This document shows, piece after piece, positions 45,964 to 55,722 of a stretch of DNA of 64,000 bases (its first letter is position 1; each line of letters starts with the position of its first letter). A program made the position numbers and the translations under genes. Source of the DNA: an uncultured Candidatus Bathyarchaeia archaeon (GTDB lineage Archaea; Thermoproteota; Bathyarchaeia; Bathyarchaeales; Bathycorpusculaceae); contig CAZTRN010000002.1 of the NCBI GenBank assembly GCA_964616775.1, positions 45,367 through 109,366 of the forward strand. The letters are read 5' to 3'. The notes beneath the pieces were generated by a model that worked only from the letters and a program-made list of their open reading frames with translations, was not told where the DNA came from and made no database searches.

Positions 45964-47789
45964 TTAGCCCCCTTGATTATAGGTTCGTATTGGGTGAGGT
46001 GGAGTTCGGCAAGTTTTTGGGCAGTCGGAATGCCTTTTTTGTTCCAGCCGCAGGCAGCGTAATAGCCGTCTAAGCCTTGCTGAAGTTCGGAGCCACTTAC
46101 AACGGCGCCTTTGGCAACTCCCGCATCAACGACGGGCACGTTCAGGATTTTGTAGGGCAACGTGTCGTTTTGGCGGGTGCCTTTGCCTTCGCGGATAGCA
46201 AAGAGGCGAGCCAAATTCTCAACCCGTTCCCCAATGCGCAGTAGGTCGTCTGCCGTTACAGAGACGCCTGTTGCGAGAGCGTAATATTTTACCAATTCAG
46301 CCAAGCCGCCAGTGAAAACTTCAGGGCTGTACTTGCAGACGATAAGGGAGTTGGCGACGTTGCAGAGGTCGGCATTTTCGGCTACGGTTTTGCCGCTATC
46401 CTGCCCCAACTTAAACCGCTTCGATGCACCTGATAAATCAGAAGAAGCACTCAAACTACAAGACCCCTCAAACGCCACAGCCGCAGCTAAAGCGGCAGTT
46501 TTAAGGCTACGCAAATCGTACCCCGCAAGCTCCAACCCCTTGACATGCACTGCATACTTGGGGGCTTCGCCGCCGACAAGTTCAGCAGCTTTCAAGACGC
46601 CGTCAGCTAAGGTGTTGCCCAGCCAGCCTTCGCGTTTGCCAATCTTGTGAATAACGGCGAGGAGCGCTTGGGCGTTTCCGAAAGAAAGGTCAATGCCTTC
46701 GGCTTGTTTTTTAGACAAAACACCCTGCCCATAAAGGTCCATGGCAAACGCGACCGCGGCGCCTGTGGATACGGGGTCAAGTCCATATTCGTTGGCAAGG
46801 CGGGTGGCTTCGATTATGGCGTCAGGTTGGTCTACGCCGCAGAGTGGACCAAAACTGGACAGCGCGGCGAAGTTGAGGCGTGCCACGGCGCCTTTGTAGG
46901 GTCCGTTTTCGACGGCAGCTATGCTTTCGCAGTGTAAACCGCATGCTGCACATGAGGCAGCTTTCTTTAGGTAAGTTTGCTTCAACGACACGCCGCTGAC
47001 TTTGCTGATGCCACCAAAGGTGCTGTGGTTCCAGTTTTGGGTGGCTAAAGCTGACTGGGAATTCAACGCATCCACATCCCACACAGCCGACTCGCCCAGT
47101 GCAGGGGTGCGTTGATTGATTAGGTTGACGAATTCGCGAAAGCCCGCTAAATCCGCCACGTTAACGTCTTGGGTTCCCCGAACCGCCACTGCCTTAAGAT
47201 TCTTAGACCCCATGATGGCACCGAAGCCTCCGCGCCCAAAGCTACACAACTCGTCATCGACAACTGCAGCAAAGCGGCACAGGTTTTCGCCTGCCTGCCC
47301 AATGCTTAAGACGCGAATGTAAAAGTCGCCGAGTTCTTCGCGGATGGCGTTTTGGGTTCGACTGGCAGATGCGCCTTTGAGGTGCGTGGCGGAGAGAAGT
47401 TCAGTTTTGTCGTCATCAATCCAGAGGGAAGACAGTTTGGGCGCTTTGCCCGTGATTACGATGGCGTCGTAGCCGGCGCGTTTGAGTTCGGGACCCCAAA
47501 AGCTGTGCCCTGTGGCTTGGGCGGCGGTGCCTGTTGCAGGCGACTTCGATATCAAAGCGTAACCGTTTCCTGCTGTGGGACCTAATGTGCCAGTCAAAGG
47601 GCCCAAAGCACAAACAAGAGGATTTTGAGGGTCAAACGCGTCAGTTTTAGGCACAGAATGCTCCATTAACAGATGCATCCCCAAACCAACGCCGCCAAGA
47701 AACGCTTTTGCGGACTCGTCGGTGAGGGGGTGGGTTTTGGTTTCGCCGGTGGCTAAGTTTATGTGCAGAATTTTTCCCGCATAAGAATT
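45960..47789 (-). CDS. aor: aldehyde:ferredoxin oxidoreductase family enzyme (second copy)
   Basis: MNSYAGKILHINLATGE matches the AOR N-terminus. The ORF-track extension to 47858 is probably not translated. Confidence 0.9.
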   Translation of the reverse strand, partial: NSYAGKILHINLATGETKTHPLTDESAKAFLGGVGLGMHLLMEHSVPKTDAFDPQNPLVCALGPLTGTLGPTAGNGYALISKSPATGTAAQATGHSFWGPELKRAGYDAIVITGKAPKLSSLWIDDDKTELLSATHLKGASASRTQNAIREELGDFYIRVLSIGQAGENLCRFAAVVDDELCSFGRGGFGAIMGSKNLKAVAVRGTQDVNVADLAGFREFVNLINQRTPALGESAVWDVDALNSQSALATQNWNHSTFGGISKVSGVSLKQTYLKKAASCAACGLHCESIAAVENGPYKGAVARLNFAALSSFGPLCGVDQPDAIIEATRLANEYGLDPVSTGAAVAFAMDLYGQGVLSKKQAEGIDLSFGNAQALLAVIHKIGKREGWLGNTLADGVLKAAELVGGEAPKYAVHVKGLELAGYDLRSLKTAALAAAVAFEGSCSLSASSDLSGASKRFKLGQDSGKTVAENADLCNVANSLIVCKYSPEVFTGGLAELVKYYALATGVSVTADDLLRIGERVENLARLFAIREGKGTRQNDTLPYKILNVPVVDAGVAKGAVVSGSELQQGLDGYYAACGWNKKGIPTAQKLAELHLTQYEPIIKGAN

Positions 47790-47888
47790 CATTGCTGTGC
47801 CTCCAAGCGCGCCTGCGGTATTTGCATTGTTTAGCGGATATAAACATAATGGGGTCAAAAAACTGATGCCTACGACAAACCCCGCAAC

Positions 47889-48401
47889 TTACGGAAGAAG
47901 AGAAAGCAACACTGAAGCGACCTGTTTAGCAGATTGGGCAACCGCTTCCGAAAGCCCTTCGCCGAAATCGGTGTTTTCAGGCTCAATCAGCAACAGCGCG
48001 ATTTTAGTTTGGGTTAGCTTGGTGAGGTAGTCGCAGAAGACCCGAATGGGCAATGTGTGGGTGCTGATGCTGGGCATGTTGGCGACTTTTTCAGCGTCAT
48101 AAAGCCGCGCCTCGCCAGATTTCAACCCAAGCAACGCTGCGTCCACAAGCAAAACATGCGAAGGCTGCAACTCCACGATTTCGTCCATGAAGCTTTCAGG
48201 CACCGTCTCGCACTCAATTAAATGCACTTTGCTGGAGACTTTGTCTGTGAGGTCTTGGACGATTTTGACGCCGACGAAGTCGTCTTGGCGAATTGCGTTG
48301 CCGATGCCCGCTACGACTACGCGGGAGGCACCTTTGAGCCAGTCTTGAAGCTGCGTTTCATAGCCTTGCGAGTTAACCATCGCACACACCTGTAAACTCA
48401 A
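47889..48401 (-). CDS. [NiFe] hydrogenase maturation endopeptidase (HycI/HyaD family)
   Basis: VVVAGIGNAIRQDDFVGVKIVQDL and LLVDAA motifs. It lies downstream of the large subunit gene. Confidence 0.8.
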   Translation of the reverse strand: MSLQVCAMVNSQGYETQLQDWLKGASRVVVAGIGNAIRQDDFVGVKIVQDLTDKVSSKVHLIECETVPESFMDEIVELQPSHVLLVDAALLGLKSGEARLYDAEKVANMPSISTHTLPIRVFCDYLTKLTQTKIALLLIEPENTDFGEGLSEAVAQSAKQVASVLLSLLP

Positions 48402-48492
48402 TATCGGTATTACTGAAGGTTCTAGAAATTATCAATTTGCCTTCCAAAAGACAAGCACTCAAGAAAAGACAAGAAAGAAAGGGATGGGACGC

Positions 48493-49944
48493 TTATCGCG
48501 TCAAAGTTTGAACTACGTGCTTTTGACTGTCATACACCGTGACAGTCATAGGCATTTGTCCGACCGCAAAGTGGGTGGCGCATCCAAAGCAGGGGTCGTA
48601 GGCACGGAAAGCCATTTCGACTTTGTTGAGGATGCCTTGGTCGCATTTGCCGTCTTTGATTAAGCCTTTGGCGGCGTCGCGGATGCTCATGCAAATCGCA
48701 GGGTAATTGTTGGTGGTTGCGACAATCATGTTCACGTCTTTAACCAGCGCATCTTGGTCGAGCACGTAGTGGTGGATGAGTGTGCCTCTGGCGGCTTCAA
48801 CCACGCCGACCCCTTCCGTTGGGGCGCCGGGTTTGTTGCGCACGTTTGTGCTGGTGATTTCGGGGTCTTTAGCCAACTCTACCGCATGTTCAGAAGCGTA
48901 AAGCAACTCAATTAGTCGCGCCCAGTGGAACGCTAAAGTTCCATGTACGGGTCGACCTAGCGTCTGGAACATCGCGTCGTACTCTTTTTGAGCCAACGGA
49001 GTCGCTACACCCTCAGAAGCATTCAAACGCCCCAAAGGACCTACACGGTACACGCCACTGCCTGCACCATCAGCAAGACCTTTCCAGCCGGCTTTCTTGA
49101 GGTAGGGGAACTTACTGTAAGTCCATTCTTCTACGTGTTCACCGATGTGGGAGAGGTAGTCTTTGCCTTCGAATTTCTCAAATTCTTTGCCAGACGGATC
49201 TACGACGCGGATTTTGCCGTCATAAAAGTTCACCTTGTTCTGGGCGTCCACGGTGCCCATATAGTAGGTTTTCATGGTGTAAGCGTCGCTTTTTATCATA
49301 TCCAAGTAAGAAGAGTTGTCCAGCACCATCTTGTGGAAAAGCCCAAGCGAAAACTGGGCAAACTTGACACAACTATTAGCCATGTCTAAGATGCTTTGAC
49401 GGTTTTCTTCACTCAAAGACTTAGAAAGGCCCCCAGGCAAACCACTGACAGGGTGAGTTGCTTTGCCGCCGATGATTTCGGTAATTTTCTGACCATACGC
49501 ACGGTGCTTAATGACATCTTTAGCTACATCTAAGCCTGCTTTTTCAATAACGCCCAAGATGTTGCGTTTCTCTGCAGGAGCATCAGGACCAACAATGAAG
49601 TCAGGACCCCCCAGATAATAGAAGTGCAAAATGTGATCATAGATGAAGTAGCCCATGTATTGGAGTTCACGCAGTTTCTTAGCAGCAGAAGGAGGCTCCA
49701 CACTGAAAGCTTGGTCTAACGCTTTAACCGCCGCATAGTGATGCGCCACAGGACAAACCCCACAAATGCGGGTGGTAAGCTGAGGCATAAGTTCAGCGCG
49801 TCGCCCAATGCAAAACTTTTCAAAACCACGCAACTCAGGAATTTTCAAATACGCATTCTCAACGTCACCTTGGTCGTTAAGGAATATAGATACGTTACCG
49901 TGGCCTTCAAGCCGCGTAATTGGGTCAATTATTACTTCTTTCAT
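48493..49944 (-). CDS. mvhA: [NiFe] hydrogenase large subunit (MvhA-like, group 3-type)
   Basis: ITRLEGHG, N-terminal RICGVCPVAH and C-terminal DPCFGCATH, followed by a cleavable extension. Confidence 0.9.
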   Translation of the reverse strand: MKEVIIDPITRLEGHGNVSIFLNDQGDVENAYLKIPELRGFEKFCIGRRAELMPQLTTRICGVCPVAHHYAAVKALDQAFSVEPPSAAKKLRELQYMGYFIYDHILHFYYLGGPDFIVGPDAPAEKRNILGVIEKAGLDVAKDVIKHRAYGQKITEIIGGKATHPVSGLPGGLSKSLSEENRQSILDMANSCVKFAQFSLGLFHKMVLDNSSYLDMIKSDAYTMKTYYMGTVDAQNKVNFYDGKIRVVDPSGKEFEKFEGKDYLSHIGEHVEEWTYSKFPYLKKAGWKGLADGAGSGVYRVGPLGRLNASEGVATPLAQKEYDAMFQTLGRPVHGTLAFHWARLIELLYASEHAVELAKDPEITSTNVRNKPGAPTEGVGVVEAARGTLIHHYVLDQDALVKDVNMIVATTNNYPAICMSIRDAAKGLIKDGKCDQGILNKVEMAFRAYDPCFGCATHFAVGQMPMTVTVYDSQKHVVQTLTR

Positions 49945-50921
49945 TGTTTCTTCACCTTTCGGTTTAAAATTGAACAGGGCAAACTGTACATGTAAAATGT
50001 GCCCACAGGGTCTTTAATTTGAGCCATCAACTTAGCCACATCCTCATCGGTGTATTGGCTGGGGTCTTTGTCTATGCCCAAAACGGACGCCAACGCCGTA
50101 ATCATGCCAGCGCCAACTTCAGGCTGATTCGGAACCGCACCGCCACAACCCGTACAAGGCATATCCACCTTCAAACATTGAGCACCACAGCCACTACGCG
50201 TAGCCATACCCATACAAATTATGCCTTGCTCCATCAAACAACGCTCAGGGTCAGGCTCTTTTTCATAGACGCGATAAATTTGGCTAATTTTCTTGTTTTC
50301 CCGTTTCTTTTTGCACTCATCACAAACAGCCTTCGGGGGAGCAAGAACCGAGCCTTTAGGCGGCAACTTACCTGCAGCAATAGCGTCAATAGCATTGACA
50401 ATTAAGCTTACTGGCGGGGGGCAACCAGGCAAGAAATAGTCAACATCCACCGTTTGAGCCAAAGTGCGAACAGTATCGAAGAACTCGGGAATCTTGAGCG
50501 TACCTTCTTTAACGCGGGATTCAGTTTTCGGCAGAACCTGGTCGGGATTAACGTTTGATTTATCTTTGACATAGACTTGTTCAAAGATTTCGGCTTTGTC
50601 ATTGAGGTTTGCTAAGCCAGGAACGCAGCCTTCATGGGCACATGAACCAAACGCCACCAACGTCTTAGACTTAGCCCGCAACAGCTTCGCCATGTGTTCT
50701 TGTTCACTGTTGCGTATGGAGCCGTTAAAGAACGTGATGTCGATGTACTTGTCAGGCATCGCGTCTACGTCCTTGTATTTGACGTCCAAAGCTACAGGCC
50801 AAAATACTATGTCGGCTATGTTCACTACTTCAAGGATTTTTTCGTTGATATCTAACACGGCGATTTCGCAGCCGCCGCAACTTGCAGCCCAATAGAAGGC
50901 TATTTTCAGTTTATTGGTCAT
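49941..50921 (-). CDS. mvhG: [NiFe] hydrogenase small subunit (MvhG-like)
   Basis: KIAFYWAASCGGCEIAVLD, GSCAHEGC and distal Cys clusters. A 4-nt overlap couples it to the large subunit gene. Confidence 0.85.
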   Translation of the reverse strand: MTNKLKIAFYWAASCGGCEIAVLDINEKILEVVNIADIVFWPVALDVKYKDVDAMPDKYIDITFFNGSIRNSEQEHMAKLLRAKSKTLVAFGSCAHEGCVPGLANLNDKAEIFEQVYVKDKSNVNPDQVLPKTESRVKEGTLKIPEFFDTVRTLAQTVDVDYFLPGCPPPVSLIVNAIDAIAAGKLPPKGSVLAPPKAVCDECKKKRENKKISQIYRVYEKEPDPERCLMEQGIICMGMATRSGCGAQCLKVDMPCTGCGGAVPNQPEVGAGMITALASVLGIDKDPSQYTDEDVAKLMAQIKDPVGTFYMYSLPCSILNRKVKKQ

Positions 50922-51819
50922 TTTGTTTTTCCCCTTCGCTGACTTGTTTTATTAAATTTGATGTGTTAACTTTGAGTTCGTTAAACGCAAGCTCCTGCGG
51001 GGTCATGCCCAACGCCAACCCCAACAACTGCGGGTAATGAAGCACCGGTATGCCGTAGGTTTCGCTGAACAGTTTTTCGATGCGCAACTCGTTGGTGTCA
51101 TACATAATGTGGCAGAACGGACAAATCGTAATTAAAGCCTGCGCCTCAACTTGCTTCACATGATTCAATTTATCGCGGGCTAACTGCAAAGCCACCTTGT
51201 CACTAACTCCAACACTGGGCGCGCCGCAGCACTCCGTTTCATCCATGTAATCTAAACAGGTAGCGCCCGTTGCCTCCACCAAGGTCTTAAGCATCTGGGG
51301 GTCTTCAGGGTCATCAAACCCGATGTACTCTTTGGGGCGAAGAATATGACACCCGTTATGTTCAGCAACTTTGAGCATCGTTAACGGCTTAACGACGGCT
51401 TTTTTGATGTTATCTATGCCCACATCTTCAGTTAAGACCTGCATCAAGTGCTTAACGGTGGTTGTGCCCTTGAATTCTAAGCCAGACTCTTGCAAATGCG
51501 CATTGATTTGCTGTTTCAAAGCGGGGTCACGATTCAGAATGGTGTTGACTTTTTTGAGAGTGCCCGCACACCCCGGACATAAAGCCACGACAGGAAGATT
51601 CTGCTGCTCAGCCAACGCTAAATTCCGCGCCGCCAAAATCAACATCGCCTCATGACTCACAGGGTCAAGAGGCAACCCACAGCAGTTAAACTCAGGCATC
51701 TCCACCAACTCCACGCCCAACTTAGCCAACACCTTGCGTGCCGAAATCTCGTAAGCCGAAGCCCGATAGGGCACAGCACAGCCAAGGAAAATCAGGTACT
51801 TACTGGGCATGGCTTTCAC
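50911..51819 (-). CDS. hdrB: heterodisulfide reductase subunit B-like protein (two CCG domains)
   Basis: Two CCG-domain signatures (FNCCGLP...CPGC and ECCGAP...CPFC). Confidence 0.85.
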   Translation of the reverse strand: MKAMPSKYLIFLGCAVPYRASAYEISARKVLAKLGVELVEMPEFNCCGLPLDPVSHEAMLILAARNLALAEQQNLPVVALCPGCAGTLKKVNTILNRDPALKQQINAHLQESGLEFKGTTTVKHLMQVLTEDVGIDNIKKAVVKPLTMLKVAEHNGCHILRPKEYIGFDDPEDPQMLKTLVEATGATCLDYMDETECCGAPSVGVSDKVALQLARDKLNHVKQVEAQALITICPFCHIMYDTNELRIEKLFSETYGIPVLHYPQLLGLALGMTPQELAFNELKVNTSNLIKQVSEGEKQNDQ

Positions 51820-52360
51820 CTTTATTTTCGATGTGCTTTAAGATTCTAAGACCTTTGAGGCTCTTTTTTACACTTTCAGGGTTGCCTTTGGGTAACGGTG
51901 GCAAACCTTGGCTAGCTCGCTTCTTTAAACGTAAATCAGGAATCTTGAACGCGTAACCAGACTCGAGAACACTGGCAAACTGATCTTTGAAAACCTGTGG
52001 AAACAGACCTTCTTCGGCTGCCAAGTTGCGAAATACGCGGATTACGCTGGCAACCTCCACATCCTGCGGACAACGATCCGTACAGGTGAAACAGGCAGCG
52101 CAAAGCCAAAGCGTGTCACTTTTCAACACACGGTCCTTAAGACCCATAGAAGCCATACGGATGAGAGTCCGCGGCCTGTAAGAGTCGCTGTAGCGGGCTA
52201 CAGGGCAGTCGCTGGTACAGGTTCCACATTGGAAGCATTTGAGAATTTTTTCGCCACCATGCAGTTTGACGAGTTCGTATTTGAATTTGGGATCGAACTC
52301 GGCAGCCTTAATTGGCTCTTTTGTTTGGTCATTTCTTTGGGTGGCGGCGTTTTCTGCCAT
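51800..52360 (-). CDS. hdrC: heterodisulfide reductase subunit C-like 4Fe-4S protein
   Basis: CFQCGTCTSDCP and CAACFTCTDRCP motifs. It overlaps the hdrB-like start. Confidence 0.8.
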   Translation of the reverse strand: MAENAATQRNDQTKEPIKAAEFDPKFKYELVKLHGGEKILKCFQCGTCTSDCPVARYSDSYRPRTLIRMASMGLKDRVLKSDTLWLCAACFTCTDRCPQDVEVASVIRVFRNLAAEEGLFPQVFKDQFASVLESGYAFKIPDLRLKKRASQGLPPLPKGNPESVKKSLKGLRILKHIENKGESHAQ

Positions 52361-52563
52361 TAAATTTTAACCCCCGCAGTCGCGCACAAGGTACACTCGC
52401 CTAAGATAGGCACAAAGCATACACCCTACGCGCGTATGGAGATTTCAAGAGCGGGTTTCCACTACATAAGGATTAAGCCAACTTTTCTTAAAAAACCTCA
52501 ACAAAAATCCAAAAAACTAGCAAACAAACAGACAAAAAGAAAGCCAGCAAAAGCTGGGGGAAT

Positions 52564-55434
52564 TTAAGCGGGAGAGGCTACTTCCGACTTTTTGGATTTA
52601 GGAGTAACAACTTCAACTTCCGCTTTTGGTGCAGGTTCCTTTGGCGCTGGAGCCGCTTGCTTTTCCTTAGCAGGAGCAGCCTCGCAGACAACGGGCTTTT
52701 CGGGTTCAGGTGCCGCAGGGGGAACAGCACAGATTTCTGCTGGAAACTCGTCTTTGAGGTCCACTGTGCCTTTGATGGTGCCGTCAGAAAGGCATTCGAT
52801 GTCAAAACCCATTTTCTTAGTTAAGCTTAAGGCACGGTAGTTATCTGGCAACATGATGGAGTAGACGCTTTCAACACCTTTGCGAGCCGCGATGTCTAAA
52901 ACGTAATCCACCAACTGAGTGCCCAGACCCATGTTTTGCCAACGGTCACCCACAATGAAGGCTAACTCACCGCTTTTACCATCTGGTTCAGCACTTAAAC
53001 GAGCAACACCTAAAATTTTGCGTCTGCCTTCCTCAGTGGATTCAGCAACCATAGCGATTTCGCGGTCATAGTCAATGTTACAGTAACGAACGCGAACAGC
53101 GTGCGGAGTATCTTTTAGCATTTGGAAGAAGCGGTAGCGGATGGATTCTTCGGAAAGACTCTGGAACCACTCTAGCCACATCGGTTCATCTTCAGGTTTT
53201 ACGGGGCGAAGAAGAACCGTGCGCCCGTTTTTTAGGGTCCAAATTTTTTCGCTCTTTTTAGGATAAGGGCTGATTACAAGGTGTTCGTGAGGCTTGAATT
53301 TCTTGCAGAGACTTTTTTTGTCGATGACTATGCGTGCATCAAGGATGACGGCTTGGCGTTCGTTGATGAGCATGGGGTTTATGTCGATTTCTTTGATTTG
53401 CGGGAAGTCCATGAGCAGTTGGCTAAAGAGCTGTAGGGTTTCTTCTAAGCGTTTGATGTCAGCAGGTGTGGAGCCGCGGTAGCCTTTGAGGAGCTTGTAG
53501 ATTTTGGTTTCCTCCATCATCCGACGAATCAAAGTCGAGTTCAGAGGAGGCAACCCCATCGCGTAGTCCTTGAACAGTTCTACACCGACACCGCCCATGC
53601 CGAAAAGAATAACTGGACCGAAAATGGGGTCAGTTTTTCCGCCTATGATGACTTCGTAGCCTTTCTGCTGGACCATAGGCTGCACGGTTACGCCGATTAT
53701 TTGCGCATTAGGATTGTATGCCGTTGCCCGCTGAATTAGGGTTTCAAAGGCTTTGCGAACTTCATCGACGTTGTGAATGTTAAGGATAACACCGCCTGCA
53801 TCGCTTTTGTGGATGATTTGGGGAGACAGAATCTTCATGACAACGGGGAAGCCCATTTGCTGCGCGTAAGCGATTGCTTCGTCGACATTGTTGGCAACTT
53901 CAGTTCGAACAACAGGGAAGTTGTAGTATTTGAGAATCTTTTTCGCTTCATCTTCAGTGAGAACTTCACGGTCTTCCAGAGCAGCGTTCTTGATTATGAC
54001 ACTAACGGGACGTCTTGGTGGCGCATCAACTTGGATTTCTTCAGGCGTCTCGTACAAGAGGTCAACATTGCGTTGGTACTGGTACATGGTCATGTAGGTT
54101 TTGACGGCTTGTTCAGGCGTAGAGTAAGTGGGGATGTTGTTGGCATTCAAGATGCTGTTGGCTTCCAAAACTGCGCCATAACCCATGAAGCTTGTTAGGA
54201 TGGTCTTGTTCTGGTAAGACTTGTTTCGAACCAACTCCACGATGCTCTTGGCGATGCCAACGGCATCTGAAACTGCTTGCTGAGTGAAAATAACCAAAAT
54301 ACCGTCAATATTTTCGTCGTTAAGACAAGCCTCCACAGCCGCACGGTAACGGTCTGCTTTAGCATCACCTAAAACGTCAATGGGGTTACCATGACTCCAA
54401 AACGGCGGCAAAACCGCATTCAAAGATTCAATGGTTTCTTTGCTGATTTTAGCGAGTTTTCCTCCGCGTCCAATCAACGCATCAGTGGTCATAACGCCGG
54501 GACCGCCAGCGTTGGTGATGATGGCTAAGTTGGGGCCTTTAGGCAGGGGTTGAGTGCCAAGCACTTCAGCGGAGTTAAACAGGTCGGCGATTTCGTCCAC
54601 ACGGACCACGCCGGCGCGTTTGAATGCAGCATCATAAATTGAATCTTCACCTGAGAGCGAGCCAGTGTGCGACGCTGCAGCTTTGGCGCTTTCTGTGAAC
54701 TTGCCAGATTTAACCACAATTATGGGTTTTGTTCGGGCAAAATGTCGGGCTGCACTCATAAATTTGCGTGCTTCAGTGATGCCTTCAACGTACATAAGAA
54801 TGCTTTTGGTTTTGGGATCACTGCCAAAATAGTCAATGAGGTCACCGAAGTCAACATCAATCATGCTACCAACGGAGACAAAGTTGCTAAAGCCAATGTT
54901 TTCGTGAATCGCCCAGTCCAGTATGGCTGAACCTAAGGCGCCACTTTGGCTCAAGAAGGCGATATTGCCTGCCTTGGGAACCTTGTCAAGGAAAGTAGCG
55001 TTGAAGTTAATTCGGGGACGAATAACACCGATGCAGTTTGGACCCACAATGCGGATTTTGTATTTTTTGGCAACTTCCAGAACCTTTTCCTCAAGAGCTT
55101 TGCCTTCAGGACCGATTTCTTTGAAGCCAGCCGAGACAATGATGGCGCTTTTAACGCCTGCCTTGCCGCAGTCTTCAATTACGTCTGGAACCGTTTTAGC
55201 CGGTGTTGCAATCATGGCTAAATCGATTGGTTCAGGAATTGATTCAACATTGGGGTAGGTTTTCGTTCCCAAAATTTCGGGTTTTCTTTGATTAACAAAA
55301 TAAACTTTGCCAGCATAGCCAATTCGTGTGAAGTTCTTCACAATGGCGTTTCCAACAGAGCCTTCCACATCACTCGCGCCAACGATTGCTACACTTTGCG
55401 GATTGAAGATTTTGTCGAGGTTTAATGTACCCAT
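52564..55434 (-). CDS. ADP-forming acetyl-CoA synthetase (alpha+beta) fused to a C-terminal GNAT domain (Pat-like architecture)
   Basis: N-terminal CoA-binding segment (PQSVAIVGAS), succinyl-CoA-synthetase-like and ATP-grasp segments, then a GNAT core (RYRFF...IAMVAE...VGDRWQNMGLGTQLV). The tail is Pro/Ala/Lys/Glu-rich. Confidence 0.85.
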   Translation of the reverse strand: MGTLNLDKIFNPQSVAIVGASDVEGSVGNAIVKNFTRIGYAGKVYFVNQRKPEILGTKTYPNVESIPEPIDLAMIATPAKTVPDVIEDCGKAGVKSAIIVSAGFKEIGPEGKALEEKVLEVAKKYKIRIVGPNCIGVIRPRINFNATFLDKVPKAGNIAFLSQSGALGSAILDWAIHENIGFSNFVSVGSMIDVDFGDLIDYFGSDPKTKSILMYVEGITEARKFMSAARHFARTKPIIVVKSGKFTESAKAAASHTGSLSGEDSIYDAAFKRAGVVRVDEIADLFNSAEVLGTQPLPKGPNLAIITNAGGPGVMTTDALIGRGGKLAKISKETIESLNAVLPPFWSHGNPIDVLGDAKADRYRAAVEACLNDENIDGILVIFTQQAVSDAVGIAKSIVELVRNKSYQNKTILTSFMGYGAVLEANSILNANNIPTYSTPEQAVKTYMTMYQYQRNVDLLYETPEEIQVDAPPRRPVSVIIKNAALEDREVLTEDEAKKILKYYNFPVVRTEVANNVDEAIAYAQQMGFPVVMKILSPQIIHKSDAGGVILNIHNVDEVRKAFETLIQRATAYNPNAQIIGVTVQPMVQQKGYEVIIGGKTDPIFGPVILFGMGGVGVELFKDYAMGLPPLNSTLIRRMMEETKIYKLLKGYRGSTPADIKRLEETLQLFSQLLMDFPQIKEIDINPMLINERQAVILDARIVIDKKSLCKKFKPHEHLVISPYPKKSEKIWTLKNGRTVLLRPVKPEDEPMWLEWFQSLSEESIRYRFFQMLKDTPHAVRVRYCNIDYDREIAMVAESTEEGRRKILGVARLSAEPDGKSGELAFIVGDRWQNMGLGTQLVDYVLDIAARKGVESVYSIMLPDNYRALSLTKKMGFDIECLSDGTIKGTVDLKDEFPAEICAVPPAAPEPEKPVVCEAAPAKEKQAAPAPKEPAPKAEVEVVTPKSKKSEVASPA

Positions 55435-55722
55435 GTGGCGTTTCCTCTACGGATATTTAAGGCTCCCCAGTTTCACAGATTAAAAGCTTATGCATACACA
55501 ATCACCCTATCATTGGAAATTAGACCTTAGCAGCAAGATAAAGCTGTATAGTAAGCATGATTTTTGCGGCGCATACGGTGTCCTAACATTTTGAGTAATT
55601 GTTTGCTGATGGATATCTACAGTCGCAGGCGCTTTTGCACTTTTGTTCAGTTAAACCACCGCAAAGTATATCTCTAATCCGCAAATTGCTTAAGCCAACT
55701 TCAGAAACCAGAGGGAAACAGT

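Noticed and set aside
45960-47858. A 23-residue N-terminal extension of the second AOR (MTPLCLYPLNNAN...)
   Set aside because: Homology to the first AOR starts at MNSYAGKIL (ATG at 47789). The extension has no counterpart and would consume the promoter region.
48493-52360. Selenocysteine or other recoding in the hydrogenase and Hdr genes
   Set aside because: All four ORFs are uninterrupted, with Cys at the expected ligand positions (RICGVC, DPCFGC, CCG motifs). No in-frame TGA is needed to complete them.
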